Source of the DNA: Macrostomum hystrix
Lineage: Eukaryota > Animalia > Platyhelminthes
Assembly: GCA_950097015.1 (NCBI GenBank)
Contig: CATNEN010000001.1
Coordinates: forward strand, 8,742,001-8,806,000
Length of the DNA stretch: 64,000 bases
Direction of reading: 5' to 3'
Shown one piece after another: positions 26,401-37,067 of this stretch (positions are counted from its first letter, which is position 1; each line of letters starts with the position of its first letter). The notes below the pieces were generated by a model. That model searched no databases. It was given only the letters and a program-made list of their open reading frames with translations, and was not told where the DNA came from. Both the position numbers and the translations under genes were made by a program.

Positions 26401-29400
26401 TGAGCCCAGCCGTCCTTCTCCGCTCTGGTTGACGCGAACCGTCTGATCACTGACACACCGGAGTTGACCTCCTCGTGTATAAATGCCAGCTGCAGGGCCT
26501 GCGGTTTCGGAGATTAGAGACAGAAGAGAAGTAGACATAGAATGAGAAAGGTAGATCGACGAGAGGTAGACAGGGAAGACAGGGGAGAGAGGTGGACAGG
26601 GAGAGAGGTGGACAGGGAGAGAGGTGGACAGGGAGAGAGGTGGTCAGGGAGTGAGGTGGACAGGGAGAGAGGTGGACAGGGAGTGAGGTGGAGAGGGAGT
26701 GAGATGGACAGGTAGTGAGGTGGACAGGGAGTGAGGTGGAGAGGGAGTGAGGTGGAGAGGGAGTGAGATGGACAGGTAGTGAGGTGGTCAGGGAGTGAGG
26801 TGGTTAGGGAGTGAGGTGGACAGGGAGAGAGGTGGAGAGGGAGTGAGATGGACAGGTAGTGAGGTGGACAGGGAGTGAGGTGGAGAGGGAGTGAGGTGGA
26901 GAGGGAGTGAGATGGACAGGTAGTGAGGTGGTCAGGGAGTGAGGTGGTTAGGGAGTGAGGTGGACAGGGAGAGAGGTAGACGGGGAGAGAGGTAGACTGG
27001 TAGAGAAGGATATGCTATAATTGTTAGCTATAATTATAAAAACTGCATTGGACAAAACTACATACATAAAAAGTGCATACAGACTTTTGATAAACAATTC
27101 CGCATAATAACGAAAGTACAGTTAAATGGCCTTTGAAATATAACCATTTACTCTTTTTTGTTATAAAAGTCACTCGTGGAAAGACACCTAAAATAAAAAA
27201 TTGGGCCGCAGAAAAGACGCTTCAACGGAGGTCAGTTTTTTTGAGTTGCCAAAATCTCTTTCACCTCTTCTCTCTGTCCTGCTTTGTTAAGACACAAATA
27301 AACAGCTGTGGTTTTATTATCTATCTTCACATTAGATCACTATTCTGATAATAGTTCTATTCTCTGTCCTCTTATCTTTATAGGCACTCCAGGTTGAGAC
27401 AGGTAGTGTGTAGTGTGTAGTGTGTACGTGCTTGTCTAACGTGTTCTATAGTGCCACAATGTGCTAGTAACGAACTAAGCAAGACAGTTTACTCGACTGT
27501 CAAAGTCTTTTTTTTGGCTTGAAATTGGTTTCCATCTGTTGTCTTTGTGTCTATCTTCTGTCAAATCATGAAGTTGTGGCGACAAAAGCAGCGATGTGAT
27601 ATCACATAATTTCTTGACTCTGCATTTTTAAACCGTTTTTTCTTACGTTTAGGAGTTTCACATTACTTATGTTTCCAGTAAACATTTCGGGTCTCTCCTA
27701 AGTGCTCTTTTATTACCAAATCACTGGTCCGGTACAGTTTAAGCTCAATTTCACCAGTGAACTGCGCAATGTCACAACTCTATGGCAGTTAAACGAGTAG
27801 TGGGGGTATTTAAAACTGGCGAACCTGTTAATAGCAGCATACTTGGTATGTAATAATCTGCACTTCTAAAAGTTTTTTCATACTAGCTTTGATTAGTAGC
27901 TTCTAAGATGTTAATTAAAAAATAGTTTCTTCTACTTTTAAACAGCTGTTTATAAGCTTAAACACCTAGCTGACAGATGATCAACTCGCTTAACAGTTGC
28001 CGCACTTGTCTAACAGTTGCCACACTTGTCTCTAACAGTTGTCACCCTTGTCTAACAGTTGTCACCCTTGTCTAACAGTTGGCACACTTGTCTAAAATAT
28101 GTCACACTTGTCTAACAGTTGCCACACTTGTCTAACAGTTGCCACACTTGTCTAACAGTTGCCACACTTGTCTAACAGTTGCCACACTTGTCTAACAGTT
28201 GTCCCACTTGTCTAACAGTTGCCGCACTTGTCTAACAGTTGCCGCACTTGTCTAACAGTTGCCACACTTGTCTAAAATATGTCACACTTGTCTAACAGTT
28301 GCCACACTTGTCTAACAGTTGCCACACTTGTCTAAAATATGTCACACTTGTCTAACAGTTGCCACACTTGTCTAACAGTCGCCACACTTGTCTAACAGTT
28401 GTCCCACTTGTCTAACAGTTGCCACACTTGTCTAACAGTTGCCGCACTTGTCTAACAGTTGCCGCACTTGTCTATCAGTTGCCACACTTGTCTAACAGTT
28501 GCCACACTAGTCTAACAGATGCCACAATTGTCTAAAATATGTCATACTTGTCTGACAGATGTCACACTTGTCTAACAGTTGCCGCACTTGTCTAACAGTT
28601 GCCGCACTTGTCTAACAGTTGCCACACTTGTCTAACAGTTGCCACACTAGTCTAACAGATGCCACAATTGTCTAAAATATGTCATACTTGTCTGACAGAT
28701 GTCACACTTGTCTAACAGTTGCCGCACTTGTCTAACAGTTGCCGCACTTGTCTAACAGTTGCCACACTTGTCTAACAGTTGCCACACTTGTCTAACAGTT
28801 GCCGCACTTGTCTAACAGTTGCCGCACTTGTCTAACAGTTGCCACACTTGTCTAAAATATGTCATACTTGTCTGACAGATGTCACACTTGTCTAACAGTT
28901 GCCACACTTGTCTAACAGTTGTCACACTTGTCTCTAACCGTTGTCCCACTTGTCTAACAGTTGCCACACTTGTCTAAAATATGTCACACTTGTCTAAAAT
29001 ATGTCACACTTGTCTAACACACGTCACACTTGTCTAACAGATGTCACACTTGTCTACTAGATATTACACTTGTCTACTAGATGCCCCACTTGTCTACTAG
29101 ATGTCACACTTGTCTACTAGATATCACACTTGTCTAACAGATGTCACAATTGTCTAACAGATGCTACACTTGTCTAACAGATGTAGCCCATGTGTAACAG
29201 GTGATAGACTTGCACCACAGGAGGGATTGATCTGTGTAGAATTTACAAGAAGCCAAAGAGAGCATTGCACCAAAGAGCATGGAGAAACTCACGTCAGGTA
29301 GCAGAATAAGCAAAGCCGTAGCGATCAGTGATCCAACGGCTAGAGCGGTCATGAAGGTGAGCATTAACCGGTAGAAACTTTTGCCCATCATCGGTGTGAA

Positions 29401-30065
29401 AGCGATGCCGAGGAGGGAGCACAGGTTAATGATAGTGACGCACAACAGACCGTAGCCCCACACTGCAAAAAAAGATGACAAAAAGGAAGGCATAAACTTT
29501 CTGGCTTCTTTCTAATTTTTTAGATTACGCGCGTTTCATTAATTTCACCTTGAGCAGTCGTGGTCTCTTCGTAATGCTCCATAGAGGTGGTGTTGTCTAT
29601 GGCCAGAAGGCCACCTTCCCGAATGTAACAGTCAGGAGTTTGAACAATCTCCCAGATCGCTGACATGAGTTCAGCAGGACTTCTGTCGCCGTTGTACCAC
29701 AAATCGGAGCTAAAGTTGTGACTTGGGCACTGAAAAAATGTTTGCGGACCTTGAATGATCTATTGAATTTTCCAGTTTTTTTCAAAATTGAACCGCATAG
29801 AGATATTAAACGAAAAAAATTATCTTATTTTTGGAGCGTCAACCTTTTCTTACAAACTTCCAATACAATATACTTTTACTTAAAAAACTATCAAAAATGT
29901 ACTTACTTTTCCACGATTTTGGATTTGGTGAACAAATAAGCTATCCATCCGAAGACTAGACAGAAATTCTAAAACATTTTTGCTACCCAAGGAGCCGTTT
30001 GTGCCAAATGTGTTGACAAAATTTTGCGTCACCGACGTCAGGTTTGTCTCCTCGGATGAAGCCAT
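23471..30065 (-). CDS. ZIP (SLC39A, LIV-1 subfamily) zinc/manganese/iron transporter, ZIP8/ZIP14-like
   Basis: Minus-strand exons 30065-29907, 29729-29549, 29462-29293, 26498-26292, 25767-25186, 23617-23471 (stop TGA). Motifs: VWGYG before TM1, ALAVGSL, GGIYLFFVLE, His-containing cytosolic loop, GDALHNFVDG, CEELPHELGDFAILL, GGMFLYISLVDMMPE, LQNCGILVG. The EEXPHE (rather than HEXPHE) motif is typical of ZIP8/14. The N-terminus and signal peptide are uncertain. Confidence 0.92.
23857..25023. repeat. Long diverged inverted repeat (arms ~23857-24282 and ~24612-25023) in the last ZIP intron; probable foldback/MITE
   Basis: Multiple reverse-complement blocks, e.g. AAAAAATCTGACCTTCGGCCAGAACCATTGAAT vs ATTCAATGGTTCTTGCCGAAGGTCAGATTTTTT; TTTCGTGTGCTCGCGTTGCTC vs GAGCAACGCAAGCACACGAAA; CACTGAGGCGC vs GCGCCTCAGTG. 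Confidence 0.8.
25912..26210 (-). mobile_element. Composite tRNA/CORE-type SINE with two oppositely oriented tRNA-like heads, in a ZIP intron
   Basis: Minus strand: B-box-like GAGCTCGAATCC and CORE-like CAGTTTATCCAGCCGTAAAATGGGTACC. Plus strand: A-box-like TGGCAGAGCGGTG and B-box GAGTTCGATTCC. Confidence 0.6.
26560..27000. repeat. 16-bp purine-rich tandem (GAGAGGTGGACAGGGA and variants)
   Basis: Direct periodicity. Confidence 0.9.
27990..29190. repeat. 20-bp minisatellite (CACTTGTCTAACAGTTGCCA)
   Basis: About 60 copies in a ZIP intron. Confidence 0.95.
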
Positions 30066-31183
30066 CGTAAAATACTCACAAGAAATTAGAAAAAAATTCT
30101 GCGCACTGCAAAGTAATTAAATTTTCTAAATTTTCAGCACAACTATTAATGAAATATCTACGAGCTTATATAATACAAAATAAACAAGGTAAGATGCGAA
30201 AACTAGTACTTTTTTAAATGTGTGCTTCTAAATCAAATAAGCGCGAAAAATAGTAAAACAAAATTATTGTATTTTTTTTCAAGATAGTGACTGTAATGTT
30301 ACTAAGTGTGCAATAAATAGTTTATTTTCTTTTATTTATTAATTTAATATCTTAATAATTTATTTATTTCTAAGATATCTTTTAAAGAAAAATGGTTGCG
30401 TTTATATAGACATACTTATGTGAAATTTCTCTGTGAAAAAATGTGAAACACGACTGCAGACTAATTACTGATATAGTTTTGGCTACTCAAGTGAATCATA
30501 TTGACTAAATAATAGAGAATGTGTGCATTTTTACACTCACTACTTAGAAAATAAATTAAACAAGAAGCTACGTGTACAATCACCAGAAAGCTTTCGATTT
30601 ATAAAATTTGGGGGAAGTCTGTTGATAAATCTGATAGTATATATTTTAAATAACGCTCTTACGAGCGAATCTACAAAATTACGTACGTACTATACTTTTT
30701 GTAGGTTACTGCAAGCAAAAAATACATTCAAATGATTTATAGTTTCCATTTAGTAACTTTTTATTTTAAAGCAAACACGTGAGTACATGCATGTAAAAAT
30801 TACTCAAACCAAACTTGTTAGCAAAAAACCAAAAAAAGTTAATTCTGTTCAGAACTTATTTCAAAAAACCTAATGGCACCATAAAAAACTGTATAAACGG
30901 GTCCAGAATAGTTAAATCGTAAATTAAATAGAAAAATATTCAATTTGCATGCTCGAGCAAAAATTATACTGTATGTTAACAGATATCAATTATGTGTACA
31001 ATTCTGACACTACAGTTTTACTATATTTTATAGAAATTTAAAGTAAACTGAAATTTATTTCTAGCCAATTTCACTAGAATTAAACAGGCAAAAAAATTTT
31101 CGCATTTTACATCTGCATGAAAACGTTTTCAATGTTTCAACGCATGTGATAACTGCTTGTCTTTTATCTAGATTATTAATTTT

Positions 31184-34100
31184 TTAATTAACGTCATCAT
31201 TTTCTTTAAATTCCACTGGTTTAATCATCGCCGGTCTTCGTCCCCGGAATCGCTGAGCTTGAAACTTTAGAAATTTGTTATAATTTTCGTCATTGATGAG
31301 CTCCTGATTTGAGGTCTGAACGATGTAGCTCAACCTTGGCTCAACCTTGTTGCAGCGCAGATGGCATCCACACCTGCGTGCCGCAATTCCGAACCACCTG
31401 AAGGGCAAAGGAACAGGCGGCAGCCACTGAAACTGCCGCAGCATTTGGTAACGATAGCAGTTCCAAGTTACAAAGGCTTGCCGCACCCCAGTATTGACGG
31501 TGAGGTTGAACTTGGCGATCAGCAGGTTCAGCAGCGCTAGATTGAGGATCAAGAACACGAAGGCGAACAGAGCTAGGTATAGGCGAGCTCCCAGAGCGTG
31601 GGGGCAAGTGCAGTCAGAGTCTTTGAGATCCGAGCAGTTCTGACCGGACAGGCAGCTTCGTAGACTGTCGATCTCCAGCTCACCGAAGGCTAGCAACAGC
31701 GGCCTCGCGTAGACACCGACTATGGCCTCCCCAACTCCCTGCGACTGCGGTTGGCCGCTAGAAAAGCTGTACACCTGCCGGCCCGGGTGCAGCAGGACCT
31801 GAAAGAAGACACCGAAAGCCACAATGAAGATAAGGAAGATTAGCAAGAAGGGCAGGAGGTCATTCAGTAGCAGCCGCTCAATGATGCCCACAGTCGGGCC
31901 GATGTTGCCAAAGTTTAACCATCGGAAGAAGCCGAGCAGTCTTATGACCATGATCAGGTAGGCGGTTGCCAGGCACATGTGGACCCCGTCCTGAACCTGC
32001 GGCGAGTAGAACTCAGCGAATAGCACTCCAATAAGCCCAGCCAGCAGAAGCAGGGAGCCGAGAAATCCAAACGTCCACTTGACGATACGTCCTGGCTTAG
32101 TGTCTTTTTGGAATGTCGAAATGCTTAACAGATCAATCACAATGAAGTCCAAAGCAAACGGCCACAAGAGAATATAAATTAGTAAGCCACCTGCAGTTTT
32201 AAGGCTGTAGCAAGACTCGCCCATTGTGATAAACACACTCAACAGGACTGTGAAAGCAAAATGAGTAGCAAGGTTAAAAAAGAATTTGGTCCGTGGAGCG
32301 CAAACGGAGTCCTTTTGGCCCTTCCATGAGTCGCTGACTAGCTGCCTCACGCTACCAGTTGAGAATACTTCTTCTTCGCCAGAACTTTCCAGAAGTTGGG
32401 CCACGGATACATTCTGTCCTTGCGGTTCGCCAAACTCTTGGAAGCTTGGTCCGTGCGTTCTCTCAATGTAGTTCATTACCAATGTGTTATTTTCACCGAC
32501 TGGTCCTGATGATGGGGGACACTCCAGAGCGTTTAGCGCATTTAACAAAATGTTCTTGGCTGCATTTTTTAGCAGCTTCAGAGCCTCTCGATGATGTGGT
32601 TCGTCTCCTTGTTTTTTGCACTTTATCAGTACACGTAGACAGGTTGGCACCAGGTCGAACTGACGATATCGAAGAATTTCCTGACACACTTTGTATTTCT
32701 TTTGTTCCATACAGTACTCGACGATATCGATTTCCGGTTCTTCGGTGTTCTTCTGCGTTGCTCTGAAGTCCTTGCAGAACTCTTTCTGCCACATACTGTC
32801 CAGTAGCCCTAGAGCGGCCAATTGTGCCACACCTTCGGAGTCGTCTGACTCGAGGCATCGGGCCAGCAGCTGGACTCCCAGTGGTATCTGCCTCTGATGT
32901 TGCCTGCTATTTTTCGCCAGTGTCAACCTGCCAGAGATGAAGCCGTCAAGAGAAGCGATAGGAAATCGAAGCAACTCGCTCTGCTCCTGCTCGCTGTGGC
33001 ACAGACGCTGCAGTTTTCGGGCCAGGTGATGAAGCGACTCACGAGGATTCTGCTCAATTCGAGCAGCCCTTACTGGGTCTATAAGCGAATACAAGTACAG
33101 CTCTTTGAGATGTAAGTCGGACTTCTGATCATTTTCCATGGGAATGCGAATGTATTTGAAGAAGTCGACAATGATACTTTCAGTATCGTAGTGGTTCAGC
33201 AGCAAGTCGATGCCCGTCTTGCCATTTGCGGTTCGATCGCTGATCTGAAGACCAGACTTAACCAGGTAGTCGAGCGCATTAATGTTGTTGAACTCGCAGG
33301 CGAAGTGCAGACAGGTAAAGCCGTCTCGAAAGCCTCCGCCGTGTCTGTGACCTCTGGAGGCTCGCTCTTTCAACAACTTGTTCCAGAGTGCATTTCCTAG
33401 GCACCGCTTGACTGTCTTCCTATCTTCTTTTGCATTTCCTAGGCACTGCTTGACTGTCTTCCTATCTTCTTTTGCATTTCCTAGGCACTGCTTGACTGTC
33501 TTCCTATCTTCTTTTGCATTTCCTAGGCACCGCTTGACTGTCTTCCTATCTTCTTTATCATAATGGAACGAAAAGAATATGTGCAGAACATTGACGCCAC
33601 AGGAGTTTGTCATAAAACGGTTAATATCTCCTTGGTCACTAAGAACTTCGATCGCAGCCTCTAAAGCGGGCCAATTTTTTTCAGCAACACAAGTGTGAAG
33701 AGGTAGGTAGCGCAACAGGTTTTCACTGCAAAACTGAGATATGTCAAAATTTTCTTTCAGAATTTTTTTGTACTTGCGCACTGTCTCTTCGCACTGTCTC
33801 TTGCGCACTGTCTCTTCGTCACTTCCCTCCGGCATCTGCATGATGGCGTGCAATACCGTATTGCCGCCAAAATCAGTCAGCGTGGCATTCGCACCTAGAT
33901 CTAGTAGAATATTTGCCACGCTGAATTTTTCATTCTTCAGAGCTCTGAACAATGGCGTGTCGCCAATCCTGCTGCGGTGATCGACGCTACTGTTGCCGTG
34001 TTCGATCAGGTACTTCACAGATTCGCTGTGGCCTTTGGCAGCTGCGTCAGTCAGAGGAATCTCTCCATCTCTGTCCTCCAGGTTGAGTGGAACAGAGTGC

Positions 34101-34816
34101 CAGGTATCCCCTTCATTGAACCACTCCAGAAGATGGGTGTGGCCTTGGGCAGCAGCTATTTGAGGTAGCGAGCAACCTTCTTGGGTTCTCAGCTGAGTCA
34201 GAAAACTATTGTTGCTTGAGTCATCGGTTGACCACCTAAATCTTTTGGCTAGCATGGTGAGCAGTCGAACATTTCCGCTAATAACTGCGCTCTCAAATAG
34301 GCGCTTCTGATTTAGTTCTTCCGCATATTTCTTCGCCAGCTTCTGGTCTGTTTCCAGGAGAAGTTCTACTAAACTCTGTTGAAGTTTTTGACAGTCATCG
34401 GAGTTTTCATCTGCAACTTGAATCTTGTACCTCGCGGCTAACATTGTGGCATCGTTTTGCGCTCTCGACAGACTGTAGAGGCATCCGCTGTCTACATTTC
34501 TCTGCTGCTCATCCTTAAGCAAACGCTCGCAAATATTATTCGCGATGATCAGATTAATTCTGCTTGGCCTGGCCAGTGCGAGCCAGTGCAGGCAGTTGCG
34601 TCCATCTGCAGGGTCACTATAGTTCAAGTCGACATTCGGTGGTAGATTGCGCACCTGGTCAATTACGATTTCTGCTTCGGCGCCTGAACCATTGATAGTG
34701 AACAATTTTTTTATAAGTTCTAGAAGCTTCTCTCCATTTTCTTCGAACATTTTTACAAAGCTTTTTCTTGCATTTGTCCTGCCCAGCCGAATGCGTCTCA
34801 ATTTAAACAATTTCAA
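31184..34816 (-). CDS. Intronless ankyrin-repeat TRP cation channel with a TRPM-like transmembrane/TRP-box region
   Basis: Single 1210-codon ORF; the ORF track starts at TTG and the first ATG is at 34750. About 10 ankyrin repeats (e.g. DGEIPLTDAAAKGHSESVKYLIEHG, IGDTPLFRALKNEKFSVANILLDLGA, DGFTCLHFACEFNNINALDYLVKSG). Six hydrophobic segments, S4-S5 linker GP, pore RPLLLAFGEL, S6 NLALLNLLIAKFN, TRP box WNCYRY followed by PPVPLPF. Confidence 0.9.
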   Translation of the reverse strand: MKLFKLRRIRLGRTNARKSFVKMFEENGEKLLELIKKLFTINGSGAEAEIVIDQVRNLPPNVDLNYSDPADGRNCLHWLALARPSRINLIIANNICERLLKDEQQRNVDSGCLYSLSRAQNDATMLAARYKIQVADENSDDCQKLQQSLVELLLETDQKLAKKYAEELNQKRLFESAVISGNVRLLTMLAKRFRWSTDDSSNNSFLTQLRTQEGCSLPQIAAAQGHTHLLEWFNEGDTWHSVPLNLEDRDGEIPLTDAAAKGHSESVKYLIEHGNSSVDHRSRIGDTPLFRALKNEKFSVANILLDLGANATLTDFGGNTVLHAIMQMPEGSDEETVRKRQCEETVRKYKKILKENFDISQFCSENLLRYLPLHTCVAEKNWPALEAAIEVLSDQGDINRFMTNSCGVNVLHIFFSFHYDKEDRKTVKRCLGNAKEDRKTVKQCLGNAKEDRKTVKQCLGNAKEDRKTVKRCLGNALWNKLLKERASRGHRHGGGFRDGFTCLHFACEFNNINALDYLVKSGLQISDRTANGKTGIDLLLNHYDTESIIVDFFKYIRIPMENDQKSDLHLKELYLYSLIDPVRAARIEQNPRESLHHLARKLQRLCHSEQEQSELLRFPIASLDGFISGRLTLAKNSRQHQRQIPLGVQLLARCLESDDSEGVAQLAALGLLDSMWQKEFCKDFRATQKNTEEPEIDIVEYCMEQKKYKVCQEILRYRQFDLVPTCLRVLIKCKKQGDEPHHREALKLLKNAAKNILLNALNALECPPSSGPVGENNTLVMNYIERTHGPSFQEFGEPQGQNVSVAQLLESSGEEEVFSTGSVRQLVSDSWKGQKDSVCAPRTKFFFNLATHFAFTVLLSVFITMGESCYSLKTAGGLLIYILLWPFALDFIVIDLLSISTFQKDTKPGRIVKWTFGFLGSLLLLAGLIGVLFAEFYSPQVQDGVHMCLATAYLIMVIRLLGFFRWLNFGNIGPTVGIIERLLLNDLLPFLLIFLIFIVAFGVFFQVLLHPGRQVYSFSSGQPQSQGVGEAIVGVYARPLLLAFGELEIDSLRSCLSGQNCSDLKDSDCTCPHALGARLYLALFAFVFLILNLALLNLLIAKFNLTVNTGVRQAFVTWNCYRYQMLRQFQWLPPVPLPFRWFGIAARRCGCHLRCNKVEPRLSYIVQTSNQELINDENYNKFLKFQAQRFRGRRPAMIKPVEFKENDDVN
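33388..33556 (-). repeat. 42-bp in-frame coding tandem repeat (KEDRKTVK[Q/R]CLGNA x4) in the TRP gene
   Basis: Four near-identical copies seen in both DNA and translation. Confidence 0.95.
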
Positions 34817-35187
34817 TGAAATAACAAAATTTCTCAGCTAAAATTCTCGACTACTGTACACTTGCGCGGCGGAGAAAGACACAATAACCACAATGCCGAC
34901 TATTTTTCTAGCAAAGTTTAGCCGCTTTTTGGCTTCACAGCGCTGAATAGCTATATGCGAGTGTAGATGCGAATTACCCGTCCTAAACCATAGTTCTGTG
35001 CGCAAAGCAATATTTTGCTGGGTGAGAAGGGTTGGTTTTACGTTGCACTCTCAAGTACTCAGAATTCAGAGAAAAAACTTCTTCTACAGTAGATGCACTT
35101 CTTTAGAGAACAAAAATTACCTTGACTTACTCTGACAGTATACAGTAAAAGTCCATGACAATGGAATCGAAAAGCACCGTATAGAAG

Positions 35188-36412
35188 TTCGGAGGTGACA
35201 GCATGGACTCGGAGGTGACAGCATGGACTCGGAGGTGACAGCATGGATTCGGAGGTGACAGCATGGACTCGGAGGTGACAGCATGGACTCGGAGGTGACA
35301 GCATCGACTCGGAGGTGACAGCATGGACTCGGAGGTGACAGCATAGATTCGGAGGTGACGGTATAGATTCGGAGTTGACGGTATGGATTCGGAGGTGACA
35401 GCATGGATTCGGAGGTGACAGCATGGACTCGGAGGTGACAGCATCGACTCGGAGGTGACAGCATGGACTCGGAGGTGACAGCATGGAATCGGAGGTGATA
35501 GCATGGAATCGGAGGTGACAGCATGGAATCGGAGGTGATAGCATGGATTCGGAGGTCCCACCATGGATTCGGAGGTGACAGCATGGATTCGGAGGTGACA
35601 GCATGGACTCGGAGGTGACAGCATGGACTCGGAGGTGACAGCATGGATTCGGAAGTGACAGCATGGACTCGGAGGTGACAGCATGGATTCGAAGGTGACG
35701 GCATGGAATCGGAGGTGATAGCATGGAATCGGAGGTGATAGCATGGAATCGGAGGTGACAGCATGGACTCGGAGGTGACAGCATGGACTCGGAGGTGACA
35801 GCATGGATTCGGAAGTGACAGCATGGACTCGGAGGTGACAGCATGGACTCGGAGGTGACAGCATGGATTCGGAAGTGACAGCATGGACTCGGAGGTGACA
35901 GCATGGATTCGAAGGTGACGGCATGGAATCGGAGGTGATAGCATGGAATCGGAGGTGATAGCATGGAATCGGAGGTGACAGCATGGAATCGGAGGTGATA
36001 GCATGGAATCGGAGGTGACAGCATGGAATCGGAGGTGATAGCATGGATTCGGAGGTCCCACCATGGATTCGGAGGTGACAGCATGGACTCGGAAGTGACA
36101 GCATGGACTCGGAGGTGACAGCATGGACTCGGAGGTGACAGCATGGATTCGGAAGTGACAGCATGGACTCGGAGGTGACAGCATGGACTCGGAGGTGACA
36201 GCATGGATTCGGAGGTGACAGCATGGACTCGGAGGTGACAGCATGGACTCGGAGGTGATAGCATGGATTCGGAGGTGACAGCATGGACTCGGAGGTGACA
36301 GCATGGACTCGGAGGTGACAGCATGGATTCGGAGGTGACAGCATGGACTCGGAGGTGACAGCATGGACTCGGAGGTGACAGCATGGATTCGGAGGTAACA
36401 GCACGGATTCAG
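35188..36412. repeat. 20-bp minisatellite (GGAGGTGACAGCATGGACTC), ~60 copies
   Basis: Direct periodicity, ~370 bp upstream of the TRP ORF. Confidence 0.97.
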
Positions 36413-37067
36413 GATGTGCCACCGTGGATTTGGTAGTTGCCAGTGTGGAACAGAGCTAGAGATGCCTAACCTCACTCTAATGCAGTTTATTACGCTTGTA
36501 ATTCCATTTTAAGAGTCGTAATATTTTGTGCGGAGAATGCTCGAAGGTAAAAAATGTATTTGTTAATGTGAATTGTTGTGCAAGAAAAAAGTAAAACATA
36601 TTAAAAAAGCAACTGTAGAAATCTGATAGGGCCCTCTAAGGAAGGCCTTCAACACACTTAAAAAGCATCGAGCAAAAGAGAATTCAGCGAGTGGCGACAT
36701 GCTGGTGACAGCACACTGCCGATCGAGAGAGATTTTTGCATGTCAAAACGCCCTGTGTGCGTTGAAAAGTGAGCCAAAATTAGCCCGTTTGATTACGAGT
36801 CTGATTGCTCAGTCTAATTAATTAGTAGAGCTTAGTAAACTACGGTTTTCGTTAAAAAGTATTGATATCATTTTTTCGGCATACTACTTAAATGAACTTA
36901 GTAGTAGTATAGCATATGTGTGTGGTTCGTGCTGATTAGTTTGTATATGTTAATTTGCATTTGTGTTTGTATCTGAAGCTTTATGATGCTTAAAAGCAGC
37001 AGTTTCAACTGCGCTTACATTGAGTTCAATTAGAAATTTCACTAGATTTTATGTTCTCAACTTAGCC

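Noticed and set aside
35059-36475. Cys/His-rich ORFs in three frames (likewise the repeat ORFs at 53936-54931)
   Set aside because: Tandem-repeat translations, not metal-binding or structural proteins.
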